64,000 bases of DNA from contig JAZRTY010000033.1 in the NCBI GenBank assembly GCA_045652245.1, positions 75,863 to 139,862 of the forward strand, written 5' to 3'. The DNA is from Eubacteriales bacterium. Its GTDB lineage: Bacteria; Bacillota; Clostridia; Oscillospirales; CAG-382. Shown one piece after another: positions 1 to 9,099 of the stretch. Position 1 is the first letter of the stretch, and each line of letters starts with the position of its first letter. The translations under genes and the position numbers were made by a program. Under the pieces are notes generated by a model. That model saw only the letters and a program-made list of their open reading frames with translations, had not been told where the DNA came from and made no database searches.

Positions 1-1871
1 ATTTTGATTATGAGGAACCTCCGATATTACCATTAAGTAATTTTGAAAAATTTTCGTATACTCCTGCGATAAATTTGCCAAATGATCAAGATGTTCTAAA
101 ATATTATAAAGTAGGTAAAAAGGTTAATGAGTTATACTGTGATAAAGATAATGGATATCAAGCAGTTGTTAAAAGAAGTGAGGTTGATAAGATAATTAAT
201 GAGGTAAAATCTGGCACAGAGGCTATATTTATTCATTCTGATATAGGAAATGGCAAAACAGAAGTCATTGATCAGATTTGTTATCATCTTTCATCTCAAT
301 ATAGTATATATAGATTAATAAATAACAATGAAAAAATTACTAAGGAAATTGAATTAATATGTGAAGGTACAGATAAAAAAATTGTAATTATAGAGAACTT
401 TTTTAACTACTATGATATTTATGAACAATTTAAATTATTTAATAGTAATAAAAATATTACTTTTATTTTCACTGCCAGAACATCTATTTATAAATCAAGG
501 TGTGAACAATTTAGGTTTGCTCAAACAACTGTACATGATTTAAACCGATTAGATGATATGGAGATTCAAAATTTAGTCAGAATATTCAATGAATATGGTT
601 ACTATCCCAAAGAAAATATAGGTAAGGATTATAGCATATTCATTAAGAAAAAATATAATCGGAAACTACAATCTGCAATTTTAGGAATATTTGAAAATGA
701 AAGTATAATTAACTCACTTCAGACTATTTTGCATGATATTTCTGCTTTAGATGAAAAATCTCAAAAAATTCTTTTGTTTATGATTATTTCAAAAGTTATG
801 AATTTAGAGCTTAATTTTACTGATATTCTTGATTTACTTGGAGCCACCTCATATGATTATGAATTCGAAAAAAATAACAGCGTTAACGAATTGGTCAACT
901 TCGATAACGCATCCACGGCAATAAAATCTGTTACGATATGTATGTGGCTCATTAAAAATTCAAATGTAGGTCCGAAAATCATCGACATTTTAGTTGAATG
1001 TGCAGTGCAGGCGGATATTGGTTCCAGAGTAAATAAAAAATATGAGAAGTTTTTGGGAAACATAATTTCATATAAACATTTAAAATTCATATTGACATTA
1101 TTAAGCGATAGCGTCTCCGAACAGTTAAATTTGATAAATAATTTTTATCAGCGTATTAAAAATATTGCTTATTATAAAGATAAATACTTTTTTTGGTTGC
1201 AATATGGTATCTCTGCTTTGGAATTGAACGATTATGAAGAAGCTGAACAACATTTTAACGCTGCTTTAATAAAAATTGGCGGGGAAAATATTCCATTTGA
1301 AATTAACAACCAGTATGCTCGATTAAAAATGGAGATTATGCTCCTTCCAAAATACAAGTATAATGAAAAAACTTATACAGAATTTGTTGAAATAAACGAG
1401 ATGTTAAAGCCAACATCTTCTAAAGATGATGACGAATATTATTGTTATAAAATGTCAAGTTCATACTATCCCAGAATATTTGACAAGTTTTACTTTCAAA
1501 TGTCAGATGACGAAAAAAATGGTATGAGAGAAATAGCTCAAAATAACCAGATTTTATGTACAAAATATTTATTAAAAAATAAAAATGAGGATTTTGTAAA
1601 GAATGTTTCAGTATTTATTGGAATCTTTGACAAACTTAGTAGATTTGAACCTGATTATGTAGAATTTACTGTTGAAGAAATTCGACAGTATTACGCTATA
1701 GGACAAGTTCTCCTCAATGGTATTAATGAAAAAGCACAAGTACATATATCACAAATATCTCCTAAATATGTTTATAAAATTGAAGATGTTTTGTATATTG
1801 GACAGAAAGTGAAAATGAAAATAGTTAGATATAACAAAGAACGCAAAATATGGGAGTTAACCCATTGCTAA
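1..1871 (+). CDS. P-loop NTPase (STAND-like) with C-terminal S1/OB-like domain. The 5' end lies outside the window.
   Basis: The frame is open from base 3 with no upstream stop (FDYEEPPILPLSNF...), so the TTG at 75 is probably not the start. Deviant Walker A SDIGNGKT. Walker B-like KKIVIIENFF. Helical and TPR-like middle region. The C-terminus GQVLLNGINEKAQVHISQIS...VLYIGQKVKMKIVRYNKERKIWEL resembles an S1 RNA-binding fold. Confidence 0.55.
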   Translation, partial: FDYEEPPILPLSNFEKFSYTPAINLPNDQDVLKYYKVGKKVNELYCDKDNGYQAVVKRSEVDKIINEVKSGTEAIFIHSDIGNGKTEVIDQICYHLSSQYSIYRLINNNEKITKEIELICEGTDKKIVIIENFFNYYDIYEQFKLFNSNKNITFIFTARTSIYKSRCEQFRFAQTTVHDLNRLDDMEIQNLVRIFNEYGYYPKENIGKDYSIFIKKKYNRKLQSAILGIFENESIINSLQTILHDISALDEKSQKILLFMIISKVMNLELNFTDILDLLGATSYDYEFEKNNSVNELVNFDNASTAIKSVTICMWLIKNSNVGPKIIDILVECAVQADIGSRVNKKYEKFLGNIISYKHLKFILTLLSDSVSEQLNLINNFYQRIKNIAYYKDKYFFWLQYGISALELNDYEEAEQHFNAALIKIGGENIPFEINNQYARLKMEIMLLPKYKYNEKTYTEFVEINEMLKPTSSKDDDEYYCYKMSSSYYPRIFDKFYFQMSDDEKNGMREIAQNNQILCTKYLLKNKNEDFVKNVSVFIGIFDKLSRFEPDYVEFTVEEIRQYYAIGQVLLNGINEKAQVHISQISPKYVYKIEDVLYIGQKVKMKIVRYNKERKIWELTHC

Positions 1872-2006
1872 AATGTTACTATCAATAGTAATTAAACGAC
1901 TACGATTTAATTTGTTAGTAAAACAAAATAAGCAGCAGAACTATATGAAAAAATGAATAGATAACGGCAAAATAATAATACTCAATAACGAAAGGGGTGT
2001 CAGAAA

Positions 2007-4943
2007 ATGCATGATTTCCTTGCCCAATTTGAACAATATTGTAAGAATCCAGAAGTTAATTCGAACAAGGCTAATGCATATTCGAAAGCTATTGAATATC
2101 TTTGTGCCTATATGCAAATTAGTGAGATAACTCCTCAGGCTGTTGATAGTATCAGAACTACAGAGGAATATATCAGTGATAAAAATAGTTCTTTTTACAA
2201 AGATTTGCTGGCTTTTTTGACAGAACGTAGGCAGAAATCTTATTTAGAGGGTGGCTTTGTTAGAGCAGCGCTAAAACCTTTTTTTGAGTTTGCCGGCAAA
2301 TGGACAAAGACAACGAAAGTGTATGAATGGGTAGAGTTTTATATGGAACTTGCAAACAAGTTGCTTACATATAAAAATGACAGAATAGCCTTGATTCAAA
2401 TCATCAAAGATATATTTATTAAGGCGAATCTCAAATTACCAACGCTCGAAAAGGATAATAACATCATAGATGTTGATCCTTTTACATTCTTTGCATTATT
2501 TAATAAGGGGATTAAGGATAGCAATCGCATTCTGTTATTGACAGTAATAAAAGATTTGTTAGAAATCTCTGCTGTTGTACCAGAAAAATTTGACGGAATC
2601 CCTGTTGTTAATCCGATGAAAGCTACGTTTTATTATTTTCTGGGCGAAAGAAACGATGAGGATATAGATAATTTATGGGAATTCTTTGAAGTTGCCCTAA
2701 AGTATGCTGACAATAAAATGGATAGTAGCAATCAATTTGTTGAGTTGTTTAATACTGTATCAAAACAAAAAGGAATAAGCTGGAATATTACAATGGGCTT
2801 GTATTGGTTTAGACCTTATACATATGTAAATCTTGATGCAAGAAACAGAAAATTATTAGAAAATAACAATAAAAGGTTCCTGCCAAAGGTGGATATTGTA
2901 AAGCTGTTGAAGAAAGTGCCGAGCGGTGAAGAATATCTGAACATCATTACATTAGTAAAAGAAGTTATGTCAGAGTATGCGAGTTTCCCTGAACTTTCAT
3001 ATGATGCTTGGAAACAATCAACAGAAGATAAAGTAAAGTTCTTCGGTGAAGAAGGAATTACATACTGGCCGTCATTGGAAGAATACGATCCGGGAATTAC
3101 AGTTGAAATGTGGAAAGAGATCTTATCTGACAAATCCCTTACTCCTGACGAAATGTTAGATATTCTGGCTAAAATGCTGGAAATCGGCGGAGAAAGCACA
3201 TGCTATCACATGGCGGAAGTTTATGGTAAAACTCACAATTACTATAATGCAATGGGTAGCAACTTCGGAAAGCGTGTAAAAGAACGATATAACATTCCAG
3301 ACTGTTATGATAGTGAATATGACAGAATGCGTTATTATACAATTCCGTTTGTTGGAAGAGATATTATAGAAGATAATAAAACACATTATTCTTGGAAACT
3401 CAGAGATGAGTTAAAGGAGGCTTTAGAAGGAATGGATTTAACTGTAAATATTGATGTTGCAAACAAGAAAGAATTTGATAAAAACATAATTCTTTACGGA
3501 CCTCCGGGAACCGGTAAAACATATAATACTGCTATATACGCCGTAGCGATTATAGAAAATAAATCATTAAAAGAAGTTTCTTCTGAAGATTATTTTGATG
3601 TACTTGAAAGGTATAATGAATATAAAAAAGCCGGAAAAATTGAATTCACAACTTTCCATCAATCATATGGATATGAAGAGTTTATTGAAGGAATAAAACC
3701 TGTTATAAACGATAAGAGTGAAGATAATAAGGAAGTAGTTTACGAGGTTGTTCCCGGTGTGTTCAAAGCTTTTTGCGATAAGATAGAACGACCAGGAATA
3801 AAGGGAACAGTGGATACAGAATTAAATGAATATCCTACAGTATGGAAAGTGTCTTTAGAAGGAACCGGCGATAATCCTACACGTAGAGAATGTTTAGATA
3901 ATGATCACATACGTGTTGGTTATGATGAGTGTGGCGAAGATGCTACGGAGGTTATAGAAAACCAAGAAATAGGATATTCAGTATTAAATAGATTTATCAA
4001 TGAAATGTCCGTAGGAGATGTAGTTATTTCGTGCTATACAGCATCTACCATCGATGCAATAGGCGTTGTGACGGGTGAGTATGAATGGCATGATGAATAT
4101 GAGTACTATAAACGATTAAGAAAAGTAAAGTGGTTAGTTAAAGGCATTAATGAGAACATAGTAAAAATAAACAACGGAAAGAAACTTTCTAATCCGACAG
4201 TACATCGCGTTAATATAACATTGAGTGATGTTATGGATATAGTAAAAAAATACTCCCCTGAGGTTATTGAAACAGAAAATAAAGGAAACTATGTTTTCAT
4301 CATTGACGAAATAAACAGAGGCAATATTTCGAAAATTTTAGGTGAGCTCATTACTCTGATTGAACCTACAAAGAGAAAAGGACAGCCTGAAGAGATGCAG
4401 GCAAAGTTGCCTTATTCTCAAAAAGAGTTTGGGGTTCCCGACAATGTTTATATCATTGGCACTATGAACACTGCAGACAGAAGTATTGCTGCCATCGATA
4501 CGGCACTTCGTCGCAGATTCAGTTTCAGAGAAATGCTGCCTCAGGCTGATGTATTAGATGGTATTGAAGTAGAGGGTCTTTCAGTTTCTGGAATGCTTAA
4601 AAAGATGAACAGACGTATTGAAGTTTTATACGACCGTGAGCATACAATCGGACATGCATATTTTATGCCACTTCAATATGACAACTCAATGGAATGTCTT
4701 GCTGATATTTTCAAAGATAAAATAATACCGCTTTTGCAGGAATATTTCTATGAAGATTACGAAAAAATTAGACTTGTTTTGGGAGATAATCAAAAGACAG
4801 AGGAATATCAGTTTATACTTAAAGAGCAAGTTGATGAAACTGAATTATTTGGCGAAGATACTGATGTTATTGAGGATGCATATAAGTACTCCGTAAATGA
4901 AGAGGCATTTACCGTTATAGATGCATATGAAAAAATGATTTGA
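2007..4943 (+). CDS. mcrB: McrB-family AAA+ GTPase, the motor subunit of a modification-dependent restriction system, with a long N-terminal region and an internal insertion
   Basis: RBS AAAGGGG upstream of the ATG. Walker A ILYGPPGTGKTY. FHQSYGYEEFIEG. McrB signature FIIDEINRGNISKILGELITLIEP. IIGTMNTADRS. ALRRRF. Confidence 0.85.
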   Translation: MHDFLAQFEQYCKNPEVNSNKANAYSKAIEYLCAYMQISEITPQAVDSIRTTEEYISDKNSSFYKDLLAFLTERRQKSYLEGGFVRAALKPFFEFAGKWTKTTKVYEWVEFYMELANKLLTYKNDRIALIQIIKDIFIKANLKLPTLEKDNNIIDVDPFTFFALFNKGIKDSNRILLLTVIKDLLEISAVVPEKFDGIPVVNPMKATFYYFLGERNDEDIDNLWEFFEVALKYADNKMDSSNQFVELFNTVSKQKGISWNITMGLYWFRPYTYVNLDARNRKLLENNNKRFLPKVDIVKLLKKVPSGEEYLNIITLVKEVMSEYASFPELSYDAWKQSTEDKVKFFGEEGITYWPSLEEYDPGITVEMWKEILSDKSLTPDEMLDILAKMLEIGGESTCYHMAEVYGKTHNYYNAMGSNFGKRVKERYNIPDCYDSEYDRMRYYTIPFVGRDIIEDNKTHYSWKLRDELKEALEGMDLTVNIDVANKKEFDKNIILYGPPGTGKTYNTAIYAVAIIENKSLKEVSSEDYFDVLERYNEYKKAGKIEFTTFHQSYGYEEFIEGIKPVINDKSEDNKEVVYEVVPGVFKAFCDKIERPGIKGTVDTELNEYPTVWKVSLEGTGDNPTRRECLDNDHIRVGYDECGEDATEVIENQEIGYSVLNRFINEMSVGDVVISCYTASTIDAIGVVTGEYEWHDEYEYYKRLRKVKWLVKGINENIVKINNGKKLSNPTVHRVNITLSDVMDIVKKYSPEVIETENKGNYVFIIDEINRGNISKILGELITLIEPTKRKGQPEEMQAKLPYSQKEFGVPDNVYIIGTMNTADRSIAAIDTALRRRFSFREMLPQADVLDGIEVEGLSVSGMLKKMNRRIEVLYDREHTIGHAYFMPLQYDNSMECLADIFKDKIIPLLQEYFYEDYEKIRLVLGDNQKTEEYQFILKEQVDETELFGEDTDVIEDAYKYSVNEEAFTVIDAYEKMI

Positions 4944-4963
4944 TGATTTGAGGAGGTGTTATC

Positions 4964-6277
4964 GTGGCAAAGACCATCACAGTGCGTGAATATGAATCTT
5001 TTACTTGCAATAAAAATGTTCCGGGACACATTTCTTTGCCTGAGAGCACTTTTAAGAATTTAGAAGAGTTTATACTTGCGAATAGCAGCCAAGATTCCGA
5101 AGTCTTGGAATTTATGGGAATTACAGCAAGAAAAGGAATAGGCAAAGTAATAACAGCAAAAAATTATGTGGGCGTTATTTCTATGAACGATGGTACAACA
5201 ATAGAAATTTTACCCAAAATATACTCAGAACAAGACAATATTGCCGAAGCAAAAAGACTTCTCATAAAAATGCTGAAGACATTGAGAACAGCTCCGTATA
5301 AAACAATGCAAAAGACAAATGTGAATATTGACAAACTGAGTATATTTGAGATCTTTATACGAATGTTTCTCGATGAAGTATTTATTATAGTAAAGCATGG
5401 TTTGAAGTGTAATTATGAGAGCATTCAAGATAATCTTAATGTGTTCAAAGGTAAAATGTTGTTTTCGAAACAGCTAAAATATAACGTCGTGCATAAAGAA
5501 AAGTTCTTCGTGGAGTATGACGAGTTCAATACAAATCGCGCTGAAAACAGGTTGTTAAAATCAACACTCTTGTATCTTTACAAGAAAACCACATCGAATA
5601 AGAATAAAAATGATATACGAACATTGTTAAATTCATTTGTTGATGTCAACGAATCAAAGAATTACGATGATGATTTTTCTAAGTGCATAGCAGATAGAAA
5701 TATGAAGGGTTATACAACTGCACTGTTATGGAGTAAGGTGTTCTTACAAGGCAAGAGTTTTACATCGTTTTCTGGTTCGAATGTTGCTTTTGCGCTGTTG
5801 TTCCCAATGGAAACATTGTTTGAAAGCTATGTTGCGTCGATTATGAGAAAACAACTTCAAGGTACAGATTATTCATTTTCTGCGCAGGACAAAGGATATC
5901 ATTTGTTTGATAGCCCTAAAAAATTTATGTTAAGACCTGATATTGTAATAAAACAGAAGATTAATAAAATGGTATTTGTTATGGATACAAAGTGGAAATT
6001 ATTATCGTTGTCAAAAGCAAATGCCGGAATATCTCAATCTGATATGTACCAGATGTACGCATATCAGAAAAAGTATGAGGCTAAAAATATTACTTTGTTA
6101 TATCCCAAAACCTCAGAGGATATTGATGAAGACAAGCTGACTTTTAAATCGGATGACGGCGTGATAGTTAATGTGAAATTTGTTGATTTGTATGATAAGA
6201 AATCTATCGCCGATATATTAAGTTCTGTGATTGAATGTAATGAAATTTCAAGAGAGGTTGATTCTGATGAATACTAA
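4964..6277 (+). CDS. mcrC: McrC-family PD-(D/E)xK nuclease subunit
   Basis: GTG start 8 nt after GGAGG and 20 nt after the mcrB stop. Nuclease motif RPDIVI...VMDTKWK. NRAENRLLK region typical of McrC. Sits directly downstream of mcrB. Confidence 0.8.
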   Translation: MAKTITVREYESFTCNKNVPGHISLPESTFKNLEEFILANSSQDSEVLEFMGITARKGIGKVITAKNYVGVISMNDGTTIEILPKIYSEQDNIAEAKRLLIKMLKTLRTAPYKTMQKTNVNIDKLSIFEIFIRMFLDEVFIIVKHGLKCNYESIQDNLNVFKGKMLFSKQLKYNVVHKEKFFVEYDEFNTNRAENRLLKSTLLYLYKKTTSNKNKNDIRTLLNSFVDVNESKNYDDDFSKCIADRNMKGYTTALLWSKVFLQGKSFTSFSGSNVAFALLFPMETLFESYVASIMRKQLQGTDYSFSAQDKGYHLFDSPKKFMLRPDIVIKQKINKMVFVMDTKWKLLSLSKANAGISQSDMYQMYAYQKKYEAKNITLLYPKTSEDIDEDKLTFKSDDGVIVNVKFVDLYDKKSIADILSSVIECNEISREVDSDEY

Positions 6278-7709
6278 AAACTATGTTGTTCCAAAACAAA
6301 TTATAGACGCTAAAGAGGAGAAATCTCTCATCACTTTAACAGATACATATAATAAAATGATAGAGCCAAGTATTGCCAGCAAGGCGTTAAGCAAGGTTGG
6401 TGATAAAATACCTCAACCTATAAAAGATTTTACAAATGCCGCAAAAGAAAAACTTACAGATAGTGAATTGATCATTAAATCTTTAGAATTGCTTGGAAAG
6501 TCCTTTCAAACATTAGAACAGTTTGCGGCAAAAGTTACTTTAAGCGAAAAAGATATAATAAAAATGGTTAACCCAATAGTTGTTGATAACGAAATAACAT
6601 CACTGGATGAAATTTGTTTGGCAAGGGGTTATGATATATCAAAGCTTGTTGGAAAAGCAAAATTTGTTGATATAATAGCAACTTTAATTGAAGGTGGCGT
6701 TACAGGATATGCCGGGTTCGTTGGTTTGCCGTTTAATTTAGTTGCGAGTACTTTTTTATTTTATAGAGCTGTTCAATCTACAGCGTTATTCTATGGCTAT
6801 GATATAAAGAACGATCCTGCTGAATTGCAAATAGCTTCTGAAGTATTTATGAATGCTATGAGCCCTAAAAACAATAATGATAGTGAATTGTCAAGTGCAA
6901 TAGCCAAAGTTATGTTGTTGACAACTACAACCTCTGTAAAGCAAACTGTGAAAAAAGGATGGACAGCGATGGCTGAAAAAGGCGGCGTACATCTTTTAAT
7001 AACACAGATGAGAGCACTTGCTAATAGCGCAGCGAAAAAGGCGTTAGAAAAAGCTGGCAAGAAAGGCCTCGAGAAAACTGTTTTTTCAGAAGTTTTTGAA
7101 CAATTAGGAAAGAAATTAACACAAAAATCAATTGGAAAGGCTATTCCTAAGATAGGTGCATTCATTGGTGCAACGATCGATACAGCCCAGATGGTCCAGA
7201 TTTTGAAGTATGCTGACGTTTTTTATAATAAGCGATTCTTGCTCGAAAAAGAAAGCCGAATTGATTTATTATGCGCGCAACCTTCAACAATTACTACCGA
7301 AGAGTATGACATAGTTGATAATGATGATTTTGTTTATAATGTGAAAGCTAATAATGATATGATCGAATTTATTTGTTACCCTAAATGTACTACTTGTCAG
7401 AAGGCGAAAAAGTGGCTTGATGACAACAAAATCGAATATGAACTTCGTGATATAAAGGAAGATAATCCAAGTCTTGAGGAATTGACCGCTTGGTATAAGA
7501 TGAGTGGACTGCCACTTAAGAAATTCTTTAACACTTCCGGGCTTTTGTATAAGTCTATGGAGCTTAAGGACAAGCTACCTACTATGTCTGATGAAGAACA
7601 GTTAAAACTCCTTGCAACAGATGGAATGCTTGTAAAACGTCCACTTGTAGTTGGCAAAGACTTTGTTTTGGTTGGATTTAAAGAAAGCGAATGGAATGAG
7701 AAACTGTAA
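6267..7709 (+). CDS. Fusion protein: EcsC-like N-terminal domain plus C-terminal ArsC/Spx-family thioredoxin-fold (CxxC) domain
   Basis: The ATG at 6267 is preceded by AGAGAGG and overlaps the mcrC stop by 11 nt. GLPFNLVASTFLFYRAVQSTALFYGYD resembles EcsC. The C-terminus IEFICYPKCTTCQKAKKWLDDNKIEYELRDI...LVKRPLVV matches the ArsC/Spx/YffB family. Confidence 0.55.
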   Translation: MNTKNYVVPKQIIDAKEEKSLITLTDTYNKMIEPSIASKALSKVGDKIPQPIKDFTNAAKEKLTDSELIIKSLELLGKSFQTLEQFAAKVTLSEKDIIKMVNPIVVDNEITSLDEICLARGYDISKLVGKAKFVDIIATLIEGGVTGYAGFVGLPFNLVASTFLFYRAVQSTALFYGYDIKNDPAELQIASEVFMNAMSPKNNNDSELSSAIAKVMLLTTTTSVKQTVKKGWTAMAEKGGVHLLITQMRALANSAAKKALEKAGKKGLEKTVFSEVFEQLGKKLTQKSIGKAIPKIGAFIGATIDTAQMVQILKYADVFYNKRFLLEKESRIDLLCAQPSTITTEEYDIVDNDDFVYNVKANNDMIEFICYPKCTTCQKAKKWLDDNKIEYELRDIKEDNPSLEELTAWYKMSGLPLKKFFNTSGLLYKSMELKDKLPTMSDEEQLKLLATDGMLVKRPLVVGKDFVLVGFKESEWNEKL

Positions 7710-7720
7710 GAGGTAATTCT

Positions 7721-8491
7721 ATGCGATATTATGTAACGGCGGATGTGCATGGATATTTTAGTGAATTGAAATCTGCATTAGCTGAAAAAGGATTTTTTGA
7801 AGATAAAGAGCCTCATAAATTGATTATATGCGGAGATATTTATGACAGAGGTACCGAGGCATTACAACTACAAAATTTCATACTTGATTTGATGTCAAAG
7901 GATGAAATTATTCTTATACGAGGAAATCACGAAGATTTAGCATTAGATCTTTTAAACAACTGGGATAAAAGTAGCTTTTTGCAACGCTATCATTATTCTA
8001 ATGGCGCCTTAGATACTGTCTGTCAGCTTACAGAAACAAGTATTGGACAACTGTCAGTCGATTCAGATGAGGTTTATAGGAGATTTTCCAAGAATCCATT
8101 TATACAAGAAATTATCCCTGCGATGGTTGACTTTTATGAAACTGAACATTACATATTTACGCATGGCTGGATTCCTTGCGATATTATAGGCAATAGTCAT
8201 TCTAAAAGATATATTCCTATTGAGGATTGGCGCAATGCAGGCGTTCGGGCTTGGGATAATGCAAGATGGACGAATGGTATGGAGGCAGCTCATAGCGAAA
8301 TCATAGAAAACGGAAAGACTATTGTGTGCGGACATTGGCATTGCTCCTTTGGACATGCTCACTACGAGGGTGATGGTGGCGAGTTTGACAACAATCCTAA
8401 CTTCACCCCATATTACGGTAAAGGAATTATTGCTCTCGACGCATGTACACCGGTTTCAAAAATGGTTAATTGTATTGTAATTGAAGATTAA
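7721..8491 (+). CDS. Calcineurin-like metallophosphoesterase (PrpE/ApaH-type Ser/Thr phosphatase family)
   Basis: Motifs DVHG, GDIYDRG, RGNHE and GHWH appear in the canonical order. The gap to the upstream gene is 11 nt. Confidence 0.8.
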   Translation: MRYYVTADVHGYFSELKSALAEKGFFEDKEPHKLIICGDIYDRGTEALQLQNFILDLMSKDEIILIRGNHEDLALDLLNNWDKSSFLQRYHYSNGALDTVCQLTETSIGQLSVDSDEVYRRFSKNPFIQEIIPAMVDFYETEHYIFTHGWIPCDIIGNSHSKRYIPIEDWRNAGVRAWDNARWTNGMEAAHSEIIENGKTIVCGHWHCSFGHAHYEGDGGEFDNNPNFTPYYGKGIIALDACTPVSKMVNCIVIED

Positions 8492-8514
8492 AATGTAGAA
8501 TGGAGTGAGAAGTT

Positions 8515-9075
8515 ATGAGAAAGAATTTAGGAGCGAAAGCGATTTTATATCCAATGCCGGTGCTTATTATCGGTACGTATGACGAAAACGGAAAAGCAAA
8601 TGCAATGAACGCTGCCTGGGGTGGCATCAGCGAGGAAACACAGATATCTATTTGCGTGGACGACGGACATAAGACTGCAAAGAATGTTGTTAAAACCAGT
8701 GCATTTACCGTAAGTATTGCAGATGCAGATAATGTTATTGCTTGTGACTATGTTGGCATTGTTTCAGGCAACAAAGAACCTGATAAAATAGAAAAAGCAG
8801 GTTGGCACGTTACAAATAGCGAGTTTGTAAATGCTCCACTTTTTGATGAATTGCCTATGGCACTTGAGTGCAAGCTCATCAGCTATGACGAAGAAACCTG
8901 CAGACTTGTTGGTGAAATTGTAAATGTCTGCGCGGACGAAAGAATCCTTGACGAAAACGACAAGATTGATTTGAATAAATTCAGTCCTATTACATACGAT
9001 CCAGTGCACCATACTTATCGTAAAATTGGTGAGAATGTTGGCAAGGCGTTTAGTGATGGAAAGGAAATGAGATAG
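8515..9075 (+). CDS. Flavin reductase-like / flavoredoxin (FMN-binding split-barrel) protein
   Basis: LYPMPVLIIGTYDENGKANAMNAAWGG and overall length are typical of the family. RBS GGAGTGAG. Confidence 0.75.
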   Translation: MRKNLGAKAILYPMPVLIIGTYDENGKANAMNAAWGGISEETQISICVDDGHKTAKNVVKTSAFTVSIADADNVIACDYVGIVSGNKEPDKIEKAGWHVTNSEFVNAPLFDELPMALECKLISYDEETCRLVGEIVNVCADERILDENDKIDLNKFSPITYDPVHHTYRKIGENVGKAFSDGKEMR

Positions 9076-9099
9076 ATTTAATATAGGAGTAGATTATTA

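Noticed and set aside
6231-6266. ORF-track start at 6231 for the EcsC/ArsC fusion
   Set aside because: It would overlap mcrC by 47 nt. The ATG at 6267 has an AGAGAGG RBS at the proper distance.
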